DNA of 59,358 nucleotides, filler included, from Asterionella formosa (taxonomy: Eukaryota): NCBI GenBank assembly GCA_002256025.1. It is 4 parts of 4 records of this genome, joined end to end, with 100 filler letters (N's around TTAATTAATTAA, not from the genome) between each part and the next. Parts side by side here need not be neighbours in the genome. Positions count along the whole stretch, not along the records: positions 44,601 to 59,358 come from NKIB01005774.1; 3 more parts are not named here. One strand, 5' to 3'. Below the pieces are notes generated by a model that made no database searches, had not been told where the DNA came from, and saw only the letters and a list, made by a program, of their open reading frames with translations. The position numbers were made by a program, and so were the translations under genes. Positions 47,565 through 59,358 of the stretch are shown one piece after another (the first letter of the stretch is position 1; each line of letters opens with the position of its first letter).

Positions 47565-48373
47565 TCTTGGGAATGATACGACGAAACTACAGCATGCTGA
47601 GAATACTGTTGGAATGAAATCAGCATAGGACCAGAATGATAGAGGATTAATATTGCTCAACCCCTCGTGGTTACTAAATATATTTTGACCCACATCTGAC
47701 CCTGTACTAATGTACCAAATTAGATAACAGCAAAAATATTATGTAGCAAGTGTGTATCAATTATACAACCTGTCTGACCATCATCAATACTGAAAAGACA
47801 ATGACAAATCGAGTGGAAGAACCTGACTGTTGGGCTGTCATTGACAATCTTGATTTAGAACAGGAAATAATGATGTAGCATACAGACAGAAAATAACTGG
47901 AAGAAATATGATTACTAAAAGGTAAGAAACGGTGGGATGTGGCAATGCACCAGTCCCAGTTCCCAGAGCAATATTGCCACCAGCAGCTGCTGCTGAAGAG
48001 GATGACAAGGATGAAGTTGTGGTAACAGATGAGTAATTTATGTGTTCGGCACAATAAATCGACATCAGTTGACACAAGAAATTGGAGAAAATATGGAAAA
48101 CAAGGTAATTTTTTCTAACCGTTTACCATTAAAAAATATTTATACATGATGAAAAATATATGAATGGCTAAAGACCACTAAAATGCAAAATGAACATATT
48201 GTAAGATATATACTTCCAATAGTAAAAATGATTCATTTATCTAGTACTAGCATGTATTAGTTGACCTCTATTCAAAGGGTTAAAAATTGAGGTCTTCAGA
48301 ACATTTTTCTAATTTTAGTCCAAAAAAGGGGAAATAAAGTGGTCTTGCAACCATACTCTTACACATTAGCATT

Positions 48374-48909
48374 CTACCAATGAGTCGTCATTGCAGACAG
48401 AATCGCAGTGATACCTCCTGCTGTAGTGATTGACACACTGAAGTAGTCATTCACAGCCAAGTTTCTAAGTGCTCCACAACCATACTGTTGCACATTAGCA
48501 TTGGAAGAATGAGTCCCCATCGCAGCGAGAATTGTAGAGATACCTCCTGCTGCAAAAATTGATGCCTTCTTGGTGTCATTCAAAGCCAAGTTGCTAATTG
48601 CTCCACAACCATTTTCTTACACCTTACTAGCATTGGAAGAATGAGCCTTCATCGCAGACAGAATCATAGAGATACCTCCTGCTAAAGCAATCATTACCTT
48701 GTTGTTGTCATTCATACCCAAGCTCGAAAGTGCTGCACAACCATATTGTTGTACAGTAGCATTGGAAGAATGAGTCCCCATCGCAGCAAGAATCGCAGAG
48801 ATACCTCCTGCTGCAGTGATTGCCACCTGGTTGTTGTCATTCATAGCCAAGCTCGAAAGTGCTGCACAACCATATTGTTGTACAGTAGCATTGGATGAAT
48901 GAGTCTTCA
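48374..48909 (-). pseudogene. Armadillo-repeat array, four 43-aa units, with internal stop
   Basis: 129-bp tandem units THSSNATVQQYGCAALSSLAMNDNNQVAITAAGGISAILAAMG; in-frame TAA at 48619-48617 where other units have CAA. Confidence 0.8.
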
Positions 48910-48924
48910 TATGCAATAAAACTT

Positions 48925-49440
48925 TCATGTACAAACAACTTAACAGTGGTATCTCTAGGTGATAGAGGGTATGCAATAACACATTCTTTTACAAACAATC
49001 TAATATTGGTATCTATAGAAGATGGATGATAAAATAGAACATGTTCTCGTGCAAACAACCTGACATTGGTGTCTATAGAAGATGGAGGGTACGCTAGAAC
49101 ACATTCTGTACAAACAAGAATATTCTTTGTGAAGTCGTTACGGCAATACCGGTTCAATACAGATTGAAATCTCCAATTGTGAACTAATGACAAAACTTCC
49201 TTGTTCTCTAATGGAACACAATGGATAAGTAACTGGGCCCCAATTCTTGACTAACATTAGTATCTATAGGAGATGGTGGGTATGCAATAACGCCATTGCG
49301 TAGAAACAGTCTCACATTTGTATCAAGAGAAGACGGAGGAGGGTATGCAATAATGCCATAACATAGAAACAGCCTCATATTAGTATCTATAAGAGGCAGA
49401 GGGTATGCAGTAATCACATTAATATCTATAGAAGACGGAG
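48925..49440. repeat. Degenerate 60-bp tandem repeat, ~7 units in two blocks
   Basis: Core GTATCTATAGAAGATGGAGGGTATGCAATAAC at ~48949, 49009, 49069, 49260, 49320, 49383 and 49423. Confidence 0.75.
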
Positions 49441-50222
49441 TACTGGTATGTGTGCACTGCACATATGACGCAGGAACTATGTAAAGCTGCATCACACATG
49501 TATACATACAGAAAAATACTAAGATGACAACCTGCCATTTAGTACAAAGTATATTTATGTATTACTTCCATTCGATGTCCTCGTCATCATGCATGACCTG
49601 ATGGTTACAATAATGTCGTCAATTATTGCTCTCACCAGAACAATATCTTGTGCAAAAAATATTTGTTGTGAGAGTTGCTTGCAGTAACCGAAGTGATCAA
49701 CCCACCATTGAGGATGATATATTATACATTATACAACAACCATCACATTATGGTATATGAAATATAGATATATATCTATATCCCACGAATATGTCATGTA
49801 GTTCGACAAGAGTTGCCCGCTACTAACGGTACCAGGTACACCAGCATGGCCCTATCAATACCCCAAGTGCAACAATACAGATCAATCAACAAAACCCCTC
49901 ATTTGTCTCAACTCTGTTTACTAAATAATGTTCTATGCAATGTATGTGTCATTTCTTTTTGTTTGTTTTCTTGTTTTCAGAATTTTTTGCTTTTCATGGG
50001 TTCTTTCTTTCTTGTCATTTGGATGTTCATCTCTGCAGCCATGCACATCATAAGAGTAAATATGAATGTCCTTGTATAGTATAATATCAATTGAGCTTCT
50101 TTGTTTTTTCATGTAGTTCTTCCTTCGAATTTCTCAGATGTGCCAGCCCATGTTTCGTCAGTTTCCACATTCCAGGCACTTGTCACTCATGAATGCTTCA
50201 AAGCATCCTATAATGCTGGGAA

Positions 50223-51709
50223 TTAGCACATGTCGTCAAGGAGGTCATCTTGCAATGATTTATCCATAAGTTCTCTGCTCATCAATTTTTTGGCTTTTTT
50301 CATGACACAGTAAATATACTCATGAGTGTCCATGTCAGTTGGGCAATCCCTTTCGAATATCTGTGCAGCACTGCACCCAATATCTTTTTTAGGACTGATT
50401 AACTCAACTGTTTCTCCTTCCGGTGTATCAAGACATTTATCATCAACTAAATCTGAGACACCATCACCATCGTCATCAAAATCATTCATAATGATCTTGA
50501 TGTTATCAAATCCGGCAACATCATTGTAGCCATGAGCACCTGATTTCAAATCTGGCTTAAATGTCACTGTAATTTCGCCATCAGATGATTCCAATTTTGT
50601 GCCTGGGAACTTAATTGAGAAATGATGAATCTGGTCGTGATGAGATCCCGAACAAAGATCAGCAATATGATCAGAATGTCGTGTCACAGTGAAGCCGTGT
50701 TGAGTTGTTTCAGGATCTCCATCATCATCATTATTCATGTCATAGGTACCCAAATCAATTGTCTCATCATTGATCTCAACCTCGAGACTGTCTGGTCCTT
50801 TATGGGTGCTCGTACCATCCCAAGTGCCAAGTTCGTAGAAATCAAACTTCAATTCCATTTCCGCTTCGGTAGAAAAGGAATGAATAATGTACGTCTTGGT
50901 AGGGTAGCTGCCAGAATCATCCGGAACAATAAATGTGGTAAGTGATTCCACGCAATCGGTATTCATGATGGCGTTCTCCCAACCCTGAATGTTGTCAGAT
51001 TGGAAATCTATTTTTCAAGAACGACATCGTCACATGAAGCTGTTGCTACGTCATTGCATGAAGGTAAGGACAGGAACGAGAAAAGGAATGAGACAATGTT
51101 GGTACCATAGTGTTATTGGATGGTGTGAGAAATGTGTTTTTGGATTGTACCAATGATATGTCACACAAGATGTATCCAACAATGACGAGCAATGATATCC
51201 ATACATCAAGAACCTGTTTTCTACATGCATGTACGTCGTAACTGACTCGATTTTTCGGACTCCATTTGTTCATCATCTGCCTGTGGTCCTAAAAAAGGAA
51301 ACGAACTCATGCACCACGCGACTCCTGGGGATGTTGGTACCTGGTTACCTGGTAGTCTACCTAGTACCATGATGTGATAGGTTTACCCCAGCAAATTTAA
51401 ATTTATGGACATATACCCAAACAATATCACATCACCATTCTCCAAATAAAAGAATAAATGAACGAGCATGCAAGGAAACCAAAAGGCAACCAGTTGCAGA
51501 TATACAATACACATAAAAGAAACAAGCAATAAAATTCACGAGCGAGGCTTGCGTTCAAGGTTTACAATATTACAACAACAAGGCTCCGTGACTGCACGAC
51601 ACAAAGTCAAGACAGCAACCAGCCACATACCTAGGGAACGAACACCCCCTTCAGAGGCGTCGACAATCATCAAAGGGACCAGGACGAGGAGAGCGAGGTG
51701 GAGATTCAT
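50223..51709 (-). CDS. Secreted protein, family member B; exon 1 51709-51631, exon 2 ~51007-50223
   Basis: MNLHLALLVLVPLMIVDASEGG signal exon. LKFDFYELGTWD, AGFDNIKI, DDDGDGVSDLVDDKCLDTPEG...GCSAAQI. The acceptor is uncertain: AG at 51009-51008 is in frame, while an upstream AG would need a 1-nt frameshift in an A run. Confidence 0.75.
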
Positions 51710-52139
51710 GATGCTGGTGGAGGAGGTGGTCGATTTGCAGTTTGCTGCTGATGCTTTGTTAAGTTTTCTGTTTTCGTTTTATGAGGCAAAAGAATGAGGA
51801 AAGACGCCTGAGATCAAAGTTCTACTTTCTTATATTGCTTCTTATCCTGCTCTTACAGAAAATTCACTATTGTTTGGCATTAGGGATGTAGATAACACTA
51901 TTAGGATATGTGTAGACTCAAGACTATTCATATAGAATAAGATGAAACCGAATGCAGTTGTCAGGCAATCATAATTCCCATTTTTTTCATCCACTAATAG
52001 GCAATTACTGCCGGATAGCTAGTGCTTTACAGGGAAGGACTTGGGCTACAAGAGATTCGTCTAACACAGTGAACATAGATGTCAAGGCAGCACGAAGACA
52101 GTTGTCTGAAAATTGAATGAAAAGGGAAGACTAAAGGAA

Positions 52140-52495
52140 TCAATCAATCTCAACAAATTGGGAAGGGTGAGTTACGTACATGGCCAACGAGGAACACATA
52201 CATTTATCGTTATTCTTGCCTTCATGACACCTGCAAATTGGAAGACCAGGGGCACGTCTCAACCTCAAACAATGATTGGGAATGCTTACTTTGATACAAG
52301 GCAAACGAGGAACACGTGTGCTATTGTCGTTGCCTTCATGACACCTAAAAATGGGAAGACCACAGGAACGACTCAATCTCAAACAATTGGGAAGGCTGAC
52401 TTAGATACAAGGAATCCAACGGAGGAACACGTGCTTTAATGGGTTGTCGTCGTTGTTTTCATCACACATGCGAATGCCTCAACCAATTGGGAAGT
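52140..52495. repeat. Degenerate ~110-bp tandem array, ~3 units, upstream of member B
   Basis: ATTGGGAA at 52157, 52275, 52386 and 52486; repeated GAGGAACAC and TTGCCTTCATGACACCT. Confidence 0.8.
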
Positions 52496-53199
52496 CGGAA
52501 CAGCTGCATTATGATTGTAAAATGAGGATTCGGATCATTCTTTTTTAAAAATTGGGACTATACTAAGATCAGCTGTGAAGAATTCGGCTTCCGCATTGAT
52601 CTTGTGAAGAAGAGTCGGAGAAACGATATTTGAGTGATCATGCATGCACGAGTCAAAAGCGAAGCTAGGTGTAGATTGGTGGATTTTCATGACATCCTAA
52701 ATGATTTCATACTACCTGGTACTCTATATATGATATGTCTCTATATAGATACATGACATATTTGATCAATTCTTACAAAATTTTGCTCTGTGATGAGTTG
52801 CACAACCATTTTATCGGACACTGAGGTCGGTGAGTTCCGATTGGGCCAGCCATCTACATACGACAAATCTACACTCGAGTACCGGTATATGGAGAAACGG
52901 AATCCAGAATCAGCTTGGATGTAATGCTTGATGTCGAAATCGAGCATCACATCATCAGCATATCACTCACACCGAGAGCGATATGCTGGTATTACAGCTA
53001 ATACCACGATGATACTTGTCTCACCAGTATACATACGGTATGTACTAATAGGTATATTTTGTGAGGGAGTATAAGGTAATGTACTGGAACTGTGTTTGGA
53101 TTAAAAATGGAACAGCAATAATTCATTTGGACATTGTAACCACATAAAATCATACACTATTCCTCTTAACTATTACCAGTGCTCTAGAATCCCATGGAT

Positions 53200-53900
53200 A
53201 AATGCTTTTCCTCCTTGCAAAGGAGTAACATCAGCAATGTCTACAGTCTCCAATGAAGGGTGGTGGCATATATAATGCTGATTGTTAGCTACCATAATTT
53301 ACAACCATTTTGTCTGCTACTGCAGAGTATACTCTTGCCATCCAAGGATCGAGAAGCTCATCATCACTGCTCATCCTCAAAACCTGTTAAAAAAGGGACA
53401 AAATCTCTTGTCTTGGTGATGGCCATTAAACAACTAATATTTTCAACAGCTGCATTAAATTGACATAAATACATTCCAAGTGCAAAGATTAGACAAATAA
53501 CCATTGGATTGGCATAAGCAGGCCTTGAGAATCTTGACTGGTCACCTTTTAAATATTTATCCCTCAAAAGTGCTTGTTTTGGTCATCACAATTGCCATTG
53601 CAATGGCCATCACTTACCTTCTCTTATCTTTGTTCCTTAATGTGATCTTGTGGATTGCTTGTTCACTGCTGGTTCAAAAACTGTAACTATGAGATGATGG
53701 ATCCTCGAGGGCACTCATTCCAATTTAGTTTTGAGCGATTTTAACATTGGCTGTCAAGGCAAGGCAAGGCAAAGCAAACATTTTGAAATTACAAAGCAAA
53801 ATGCACAGGACATTTTGTCTGAGAAGGAGGAATGAACCATGACAAGTTTGATGAACCTCAAAACTGCCAAGGTAGATAGTTAATGCTAGAATATAATTAA
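53200..53900 (-). mobile_element. Possible Crypton-like tyrosine-recombinase relic
   Basis: KGDQSRFSRPAYANPMVICLIFALGMYL resembles the K.DQ...YANP...CP..AL..Y block of such proteins; heavily decayed. Confidence 0.3.
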
Positions 53901-55859
53901 TAACATACATTAGTAAGTGGAAAGGATTAATAAGTTCAATTATATAGCAGCATTATGAATCATATGTGATTGAGAACAAGTATGTTCATTGCTTTGGTCC
54001 ATCTTTCTTTGTGTATTTCGCAAAATTATATTAAAGTATGTATGGCCGTTAGTGGAGACCAAAATGCAATGCATTCAAGAATTAGTTGCCTTTCTTTTTT
54101 TCCTTCCTCCAAAGATGGCTGTTTACAAACAGAAATTACATCAAATATGTTGAGCACACTCTTTACGAACAGAAATTATAGTGGTACATCAAATATTTTG
54201 AGCCCACTCAATTTCAAAAATGAATTTGAGTGGGTACATGTTCCTGTTTCAACAAACAAATAAAGGAGGACCCACATTCCCCATAACATCAATCTTGTAT
54301 CCTTGATTGATGCAAGGCATTCTCTTGTCACCACGGAAATCAATCCTCTCAATTCCAAGACTCTCTTATCAATATCATCATTTTAAATTACTTCGAAATG
54401 GATCAAATCCTTCTTGTACTTTTCGTTGAAACCTGTAGATATCTTTCTCCTTTCCTTTTTTTGGTTGAAACTTGTAGACAGAATTCACCACAGCAAGCTT
54501 TTGGCAATTCTGACAAATCGCCTCTTCATGTTCAGACATGGGCATTGGATTTATGCTGACGGGCAAGGATTACCTTCAGTGCCTTGCTTGTTAGTATTGT
54601 TACCATTTGTCGTGTTTCTTTCTATTCGTTCTCCCTTCGTCACTGAAAATCAATTGCAAGTTTCCAACAAGCTCATGGAACATGGAACGAATGGTACTAC
54701 CTGTCACCAAGAACATCTGAGACTCAATGAAGATGGCATTGCTGGTCGATCATAGTTATAGCAAGGAGTTGATGGTGAAGATCAAACAATGACAAACAGA
54801 GGTATCATCATGGTGAGTGTAGCAATCAAGTGTGAGGCTGTGGCTCCTCAGTGCATGTGGCATGTATTTGTCAAGAGATTCATGATGGTTTATTATTTAC
54901 AAGTGGTATGTTCATTCATATATTTAATGAAGAGGAAATGAACGACATCAACTAGGACGACTCTACTTTTATGTATTCAAAACAAATATTGGGTTGTGCT
55001 AAATTTTGTTGAACCAGCTACTGGTACAATTGACCAGTGTGTACCTGATGTACTTTGGGGGGGCACCAAGCCTGTCAGAGTGTGTCTGTTAGGCTGTTGA
55101 TGTCGACAGGTGTCCGAAGACTAGGTAGTCTGAGGAATGTCTAAACGGAAATAGACAGGATTTTTATAGCAGAAGAATCTGCAGACGAGCGGCGTGAGAA
55201 AGATCTTGACCGGTCATTCCAGGGCAGTACTGGAGCGCGCTAGAGTAGCGCCATATATTTCAACACAAGCCATAACTTGGATCGAAGTTCTGTTTCCTAC
55301 CGGTAGGTACATGGTATGGTATGGTACCAGGTACAACAGGGGTCCTGTAGACCACGTATGTACCACAGCCAAGTTCTTGCCTTTTTGCTTGGTGACGCTG
55401 GTTCCTAAGATACCAGCACGATAGTTGACAATTGCCCATTCACACATGATACTTACGTAATTTGCATCGAAATGCATAAACACAGATTCCATCAAGACAA
55501 CTACTACATATGTAAAATGCCACGAGAAAACAGCTACCAGAAAAAAACGGCCGTTCGTCCGGTATTTCCCTCAAGATATACCGTTTTAAATTATGAAATG
55601 GGAATGAACGGAAGTTCAGACTTTGGCTGAAAAACCGGCCTACTGTCCGAACATTTCTACGAAAATCAGCGTAAGTGTCCGGCAGATGTCTGATGATGAT
55701 TAGCAGAGGATTATTGAAACATGCCTCTGGTACCCCATCATCATTCAATGATGAACAGGAAGAGTAGTACCTGGTAGGTGGTTGAAAGAACATATATACA
55801 CAATTGAGACGAATAAAATATGCTAAACTATTTCGAAGCCCTTTCCATATACACACTTC

Positions 55860-56415
55860 TTGACTGCTGTGTTCGGTTTTTCTAGCTAAAGCAACGCATG
55901 AAGCTTTTTATTGACAGATGAAGATATGCTATGGATAGTATTACTAAATTTGGCATTCTCAATTAATCATTGGCTGGTAAGAGGAAGATCTGCAAGAAGC
56001 AATCTTGACATTCAGCCATCGAATGGCTGGCTGGTTTCGCTATGATTTTGTTCTCTAGAACAAATTGATCTGCAAAGAAGAGCGTTGTAAGTACTGGCTG
56101 GATAAATTGGGAACTAAGATTATAACAAAACTTATTGTCTTGGCAGCTGAAGGTATTCGGTTTGATTCCCACCTAATATGAAGAATTCATCTACAGAGGA
56201 TCTACTGTTGTTGGGTTCCTTCCTATGAAACATGAGTACGAGAGCAGCTTTTTCACAGGATAGTTATGCGAAGCTTACATTGAAACATCAAAATTGATCA
56301 ATTCATTTTCCAAACATTCTCCTTCTCATAAAACCAAAGAAGCAAGGAAACTTTGAAACTCAACAGACTAAAACCAAGCAATATAAAATCAACTCTTGAA
56401 AGCGCGACAAGCATC
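55860..56415 (+). promoter_or_regulatory. Duplicated upstream region of member C, homologous to ~46130-46456
   Basis: Shared AGCAACGCATGAAG, GGCATTCTCAAT, GCTTACATTGAAACA.CAAAATTGATCAATTCATTT, CTCATAAAAC, AGCATCATGAATCTCCA; this copy has an extra ~200-bp segment. Confidence 0.75.
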
Positions 56416-57793
56416 ATGAATCTCCAATACGCACTCTTTGTTCTTCCATTGATCATGATTGTTGAAGGTAAGTACAAATGCAACATGAAATTTTCCGACA
56501 CTACAATGTTAAATACACATCTGTTATTGTGGTTTATATATGCCACCCACTGCCATCATTGTTTTGTATTTTGAATAATTTCATGTCCCATGAGCTGTTC
56601 CAGTAATCGTCTATGTATACATAGTGATACATATCATGCGACTGATGATTTGAAATTTTTTAAAGGAAGCCAAAGCGTCGCATGTTGCTTGTCTTGCTTG
56701 ATTTCACAATAGATGGATGATGTATGATGATAAATGGGCGCTTCATTTTATGTCTTTATGATGTGTATTTTAGTTTTTCATTGTGGTATTCTTCTTGCTA
56801 ATGAGAACATAACATACATTGTGATTGAAAACCTTCTGCCTTTTGAATGACAAACAGCAAGGGATTATTATACATGTGATCGATGGAGGAATGATCGTAA
56901 ATCCTATGGTGATGATTTCGGGAGTGGAAATAAAAAAGGCTGGAATTCGGGCAAAGTGAAAAGTTCATCTTGCAGTGGTTCATTCCTTGAAATGTCAAGA
57001 AATGGCAACAGGATGATGTCCAATAGTTACGAGGGTCTTCCCACAGATGCAAAGGGAGTGAAGGTAGAGTTCGACTTTTTGGAAATCAAAAATGACAATG
57101 AGAAAAACGATTATCACAGCTTTAAAAAGCTTGATTATACCATCAATGTTGAACATTATTAGTTAGGTCGCAGAAGTGGTGAAAGGGAACAAAATTGCCG
57201 TCGGGATCATGTTACAGTTCATCATGTTTCGATTACAATGAATAAACCCCCTCGTAATGGCAAGGTCAATTTGTCTTGACAACCAAAAGTCAATCACGCT
57301 GGCTTTGACAACATCATCATAACACCTATTTGTTACAGACATGCTGGAGATGGTGGTCATCATGGCAAGAGTGGAAGTGACAATGGTGGTGATCATAATA
57401 ATGAATTTGACAATGGTGGATATCAAAATGGTGGAAGTGACAATGCATAATAATGGAAATGACAATGGTGGATATCATAATGGTGAAAGTGACAATGGTG
57501 GTGATCATAATAATGAAAATGACAATGGTGGATATCATAATGGTGGAAGTGACAATGGTGGCGATCATAATAATGAAAATGACAACAATGGTGGATATCA
57601 TAACAGTGAAAGTGACAATGGTGGCGATCATACTAACGAAAATGACAATGGTGGATATCATAATGGTGGAAGTGACAATGGTGTTGATCATAATAATGGA
57701 AATGACAATGGTGGAAGTGACAATGACGGAAGTCATAATAAGGGAAGTGAATTTGGTGGAAGCCATAATAGTGGAAGTGACAATGGTGAAAGT
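56416..57793 (+). pseudogene. Secreted protein family member C, pseudogene with His/Asn/Asp/Gly repeat tail; exon 1 56416-56467, exon 2 from 56858
   Basis: MNLQYALFVLPLIMIVE signal exon; VEFDFLEI, AGFDNIII. In-frame stops at 57160 and ~57277, frameshift at ~57445, 3' end replaced by the dispersed repeat. Confidence 0.8.
57379..57793 (+). repeat. 30-bp coding tandem repeat with 60-bp higher-order period, ~14 units
   Basis: Alternating GACAATGGTGGATATCATAATGGTG(A/G)AAGT (DNGGYHNG[E/G]S) and GACAATGGTGG(T/C)GATCATAATAATGAAAAT (DNGGDHNNEN). Confidence 0.92.
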
Positions 57794-58502
57794 CAACATT
57801 TCCCATCAATATCATAAACCTTCTCATAATATTTTCACTTCTCATGATCGCCTGATGTAAATTATAACTACAACGTATCCTAAAACCAGCTCAACTCTAT
57901 GCTATCATGTGAATTGTTTCATCGTTAATCTATTGTAAACATGATCATGATTCTAATCACAAGCATTGTTCAAAATAGATTGAAATGGATCGTAATTTAA
58001 CTATCAAATCAAGCAATGCTATCTAATAATCTACATGCCAGCAACCCAACGTTTCTCTCTCTACTTGGCTCAATGTATATTGTGCCTGTCTCACCCTTTT
58101 CTTCTTCTTTTCTGAATCTTGTGCCAAGCTTGTGCCAAGCAATGCCTTACTAATGTTGCGTCTCTCTCCCTGCTGTTAGTGTCTGAACACGCCGCCTATT
58201 CCGTTGTTTGATCGGTTTTATTGTCCTATGCAAATACAATAAGAATGAGAAGGAATGACTTGTTAGCTGGACATGTTACACTGACACAACATCACGCCAT
58301 TCCATTGTATCCTCTTGCTTGCTTCACTTACCACAGCCAAATCAAAGCAAGTGATGCATAAGTCTGTAATAGTAACTTGTCAGTAAATTCTTGAATAAGT
58401 AAGTTTTGGGTATCCAATGTTGTCGAATAAAACTTACCAGTTCATTTTTGTCATCTTATTTGAAAGAAGGTAAACATTTTGTTAGTTTTGTTGCAACAGA
58501 AG
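57794..58502 (-). repeat. Dispersed repeat copy 3, truncated at one end
   Basis: Reverse-complement match to 1-~698, starting abruptly at CAACATTTCCCATC; may extend past 58502. Confidence 0.9.
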
Positions 58503-59358
58503 TGAATAGGTCCAACGAGCGACAAGAGCACTTACGCATTTTGGTTTTGTTTTACATTGGTGCTCCCCAACAAGCGAAATGAGCTGTTGAATCAACTGAG
58601 AAAAAAGGAAATGTGCGTTTAGTTAACAATTTTTTGTTGTCCTTCCTCCCAACGATTGTCATCCAAGCAAGTACCACATTGATGGCTTCATTACCTTAAA
58701 CATTCTCCATCCTTCGAAGGCGCAATGTGTCGAAGTCACAATGTTTTTCGTTATGTATTGCGTAAACTTTCTTTTCTTGTCATGTGCTTTACTACGACGT
58801 ATCTTTTCATGAAGCAGCATGCATTGTTTGATAACATGACAGAACGATTTCAAAAATATATATGCCATTAATGTAGTGATAAAATTTGTAAATATATTTA
58901 TCGATGAAGTGTAATACATTTATAAAATTCAAAGGCGCTCTCGATATGGAACATCTGATATGGTTGAGATGATCATACTCGCATATACATAATTCGAAAA
59001 TACTCAAAGCACTATATGTCCATTTTTTTCACGACTACGTGTACCGGTATTATTTCTGAAATTTGTTTGCATCGATATTTTCTACATCTGTTGAAACTAA
59101 TTATTTAGACCATTCAATTGGTGTAAGTCATAACCGCCAGGGTTTTGGTAGCAAATTGTTTAAGCCCCTTTTTTGGGCGGGAGCTCTTCATGTGTACCGG
59201 TACATTATATGACAATAACAATATATCATACATATATACAGAGTACCAGTAGCAGGTAGTAAGTGATATACTGGGGGTAGTCGGAGTAGTAAACTAGCAA
59301 CAGAACACCATATGTTCAGGACTGTTGCTACTGCAGTGGGACAGTAAATCATCATAGT

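Noticed and set aside
57163..57860. Hydrophobic Met/Val/Ile or Thr/Ile ORFs overlapping the 30-bp repeat
   Set aside because: Alternative-frame and antisense shadows of the tandem repeat; the DNGG frame is the one continuous with AGFDNI.

Overview
Eukaryotic nuclear DNA, very probably from a diatom: short GT-AG introns and bipartite ASAFAP-type plastid-targeting presequences. It is a draft scaffold with three 100-nt N gaps, each carrying an artificial TTAATTAATTAA linker. Recognisable genes: two divergent DHHC-like palmitoyltransferase paralogues, a cyclophilin, a TauE/SafE transporter 3' end, DUF4239-like and DUF2061 plastid proteins, a class 3 lipase, a pepsin-fold membrane protein lacking its catalytic motifs, a His-box desaturase, Notchless, a ~1,840-aa kinesin, IspH, and a three-member family of secreted proteins. 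Between them lie a complete but decayed PIF/Harbinger transposon, a three-copy ~0.9-kb repeat, other transposon relics and tandem arrays. Most unusual: (1) a kinesin-1-like protein with two motor domains in one chain, both with non-canonical switch motifs; (2) DHHC enzymes that have lost 7 of 8 zinc ligands and the fourth TM helix but keep D-H-x-C; (3) a secreted family that swaps C-terminal modules, one resembling a bacterial TSP3/helical module and one a His/Asn/Asp/Gly repeat; (4) a strongly over-represented TACCGGTA palindrome near gene starts; (5) a nested multi-helix GC-rich intergenic element. All family assignments are from motif recognition by eye; no searches were run.
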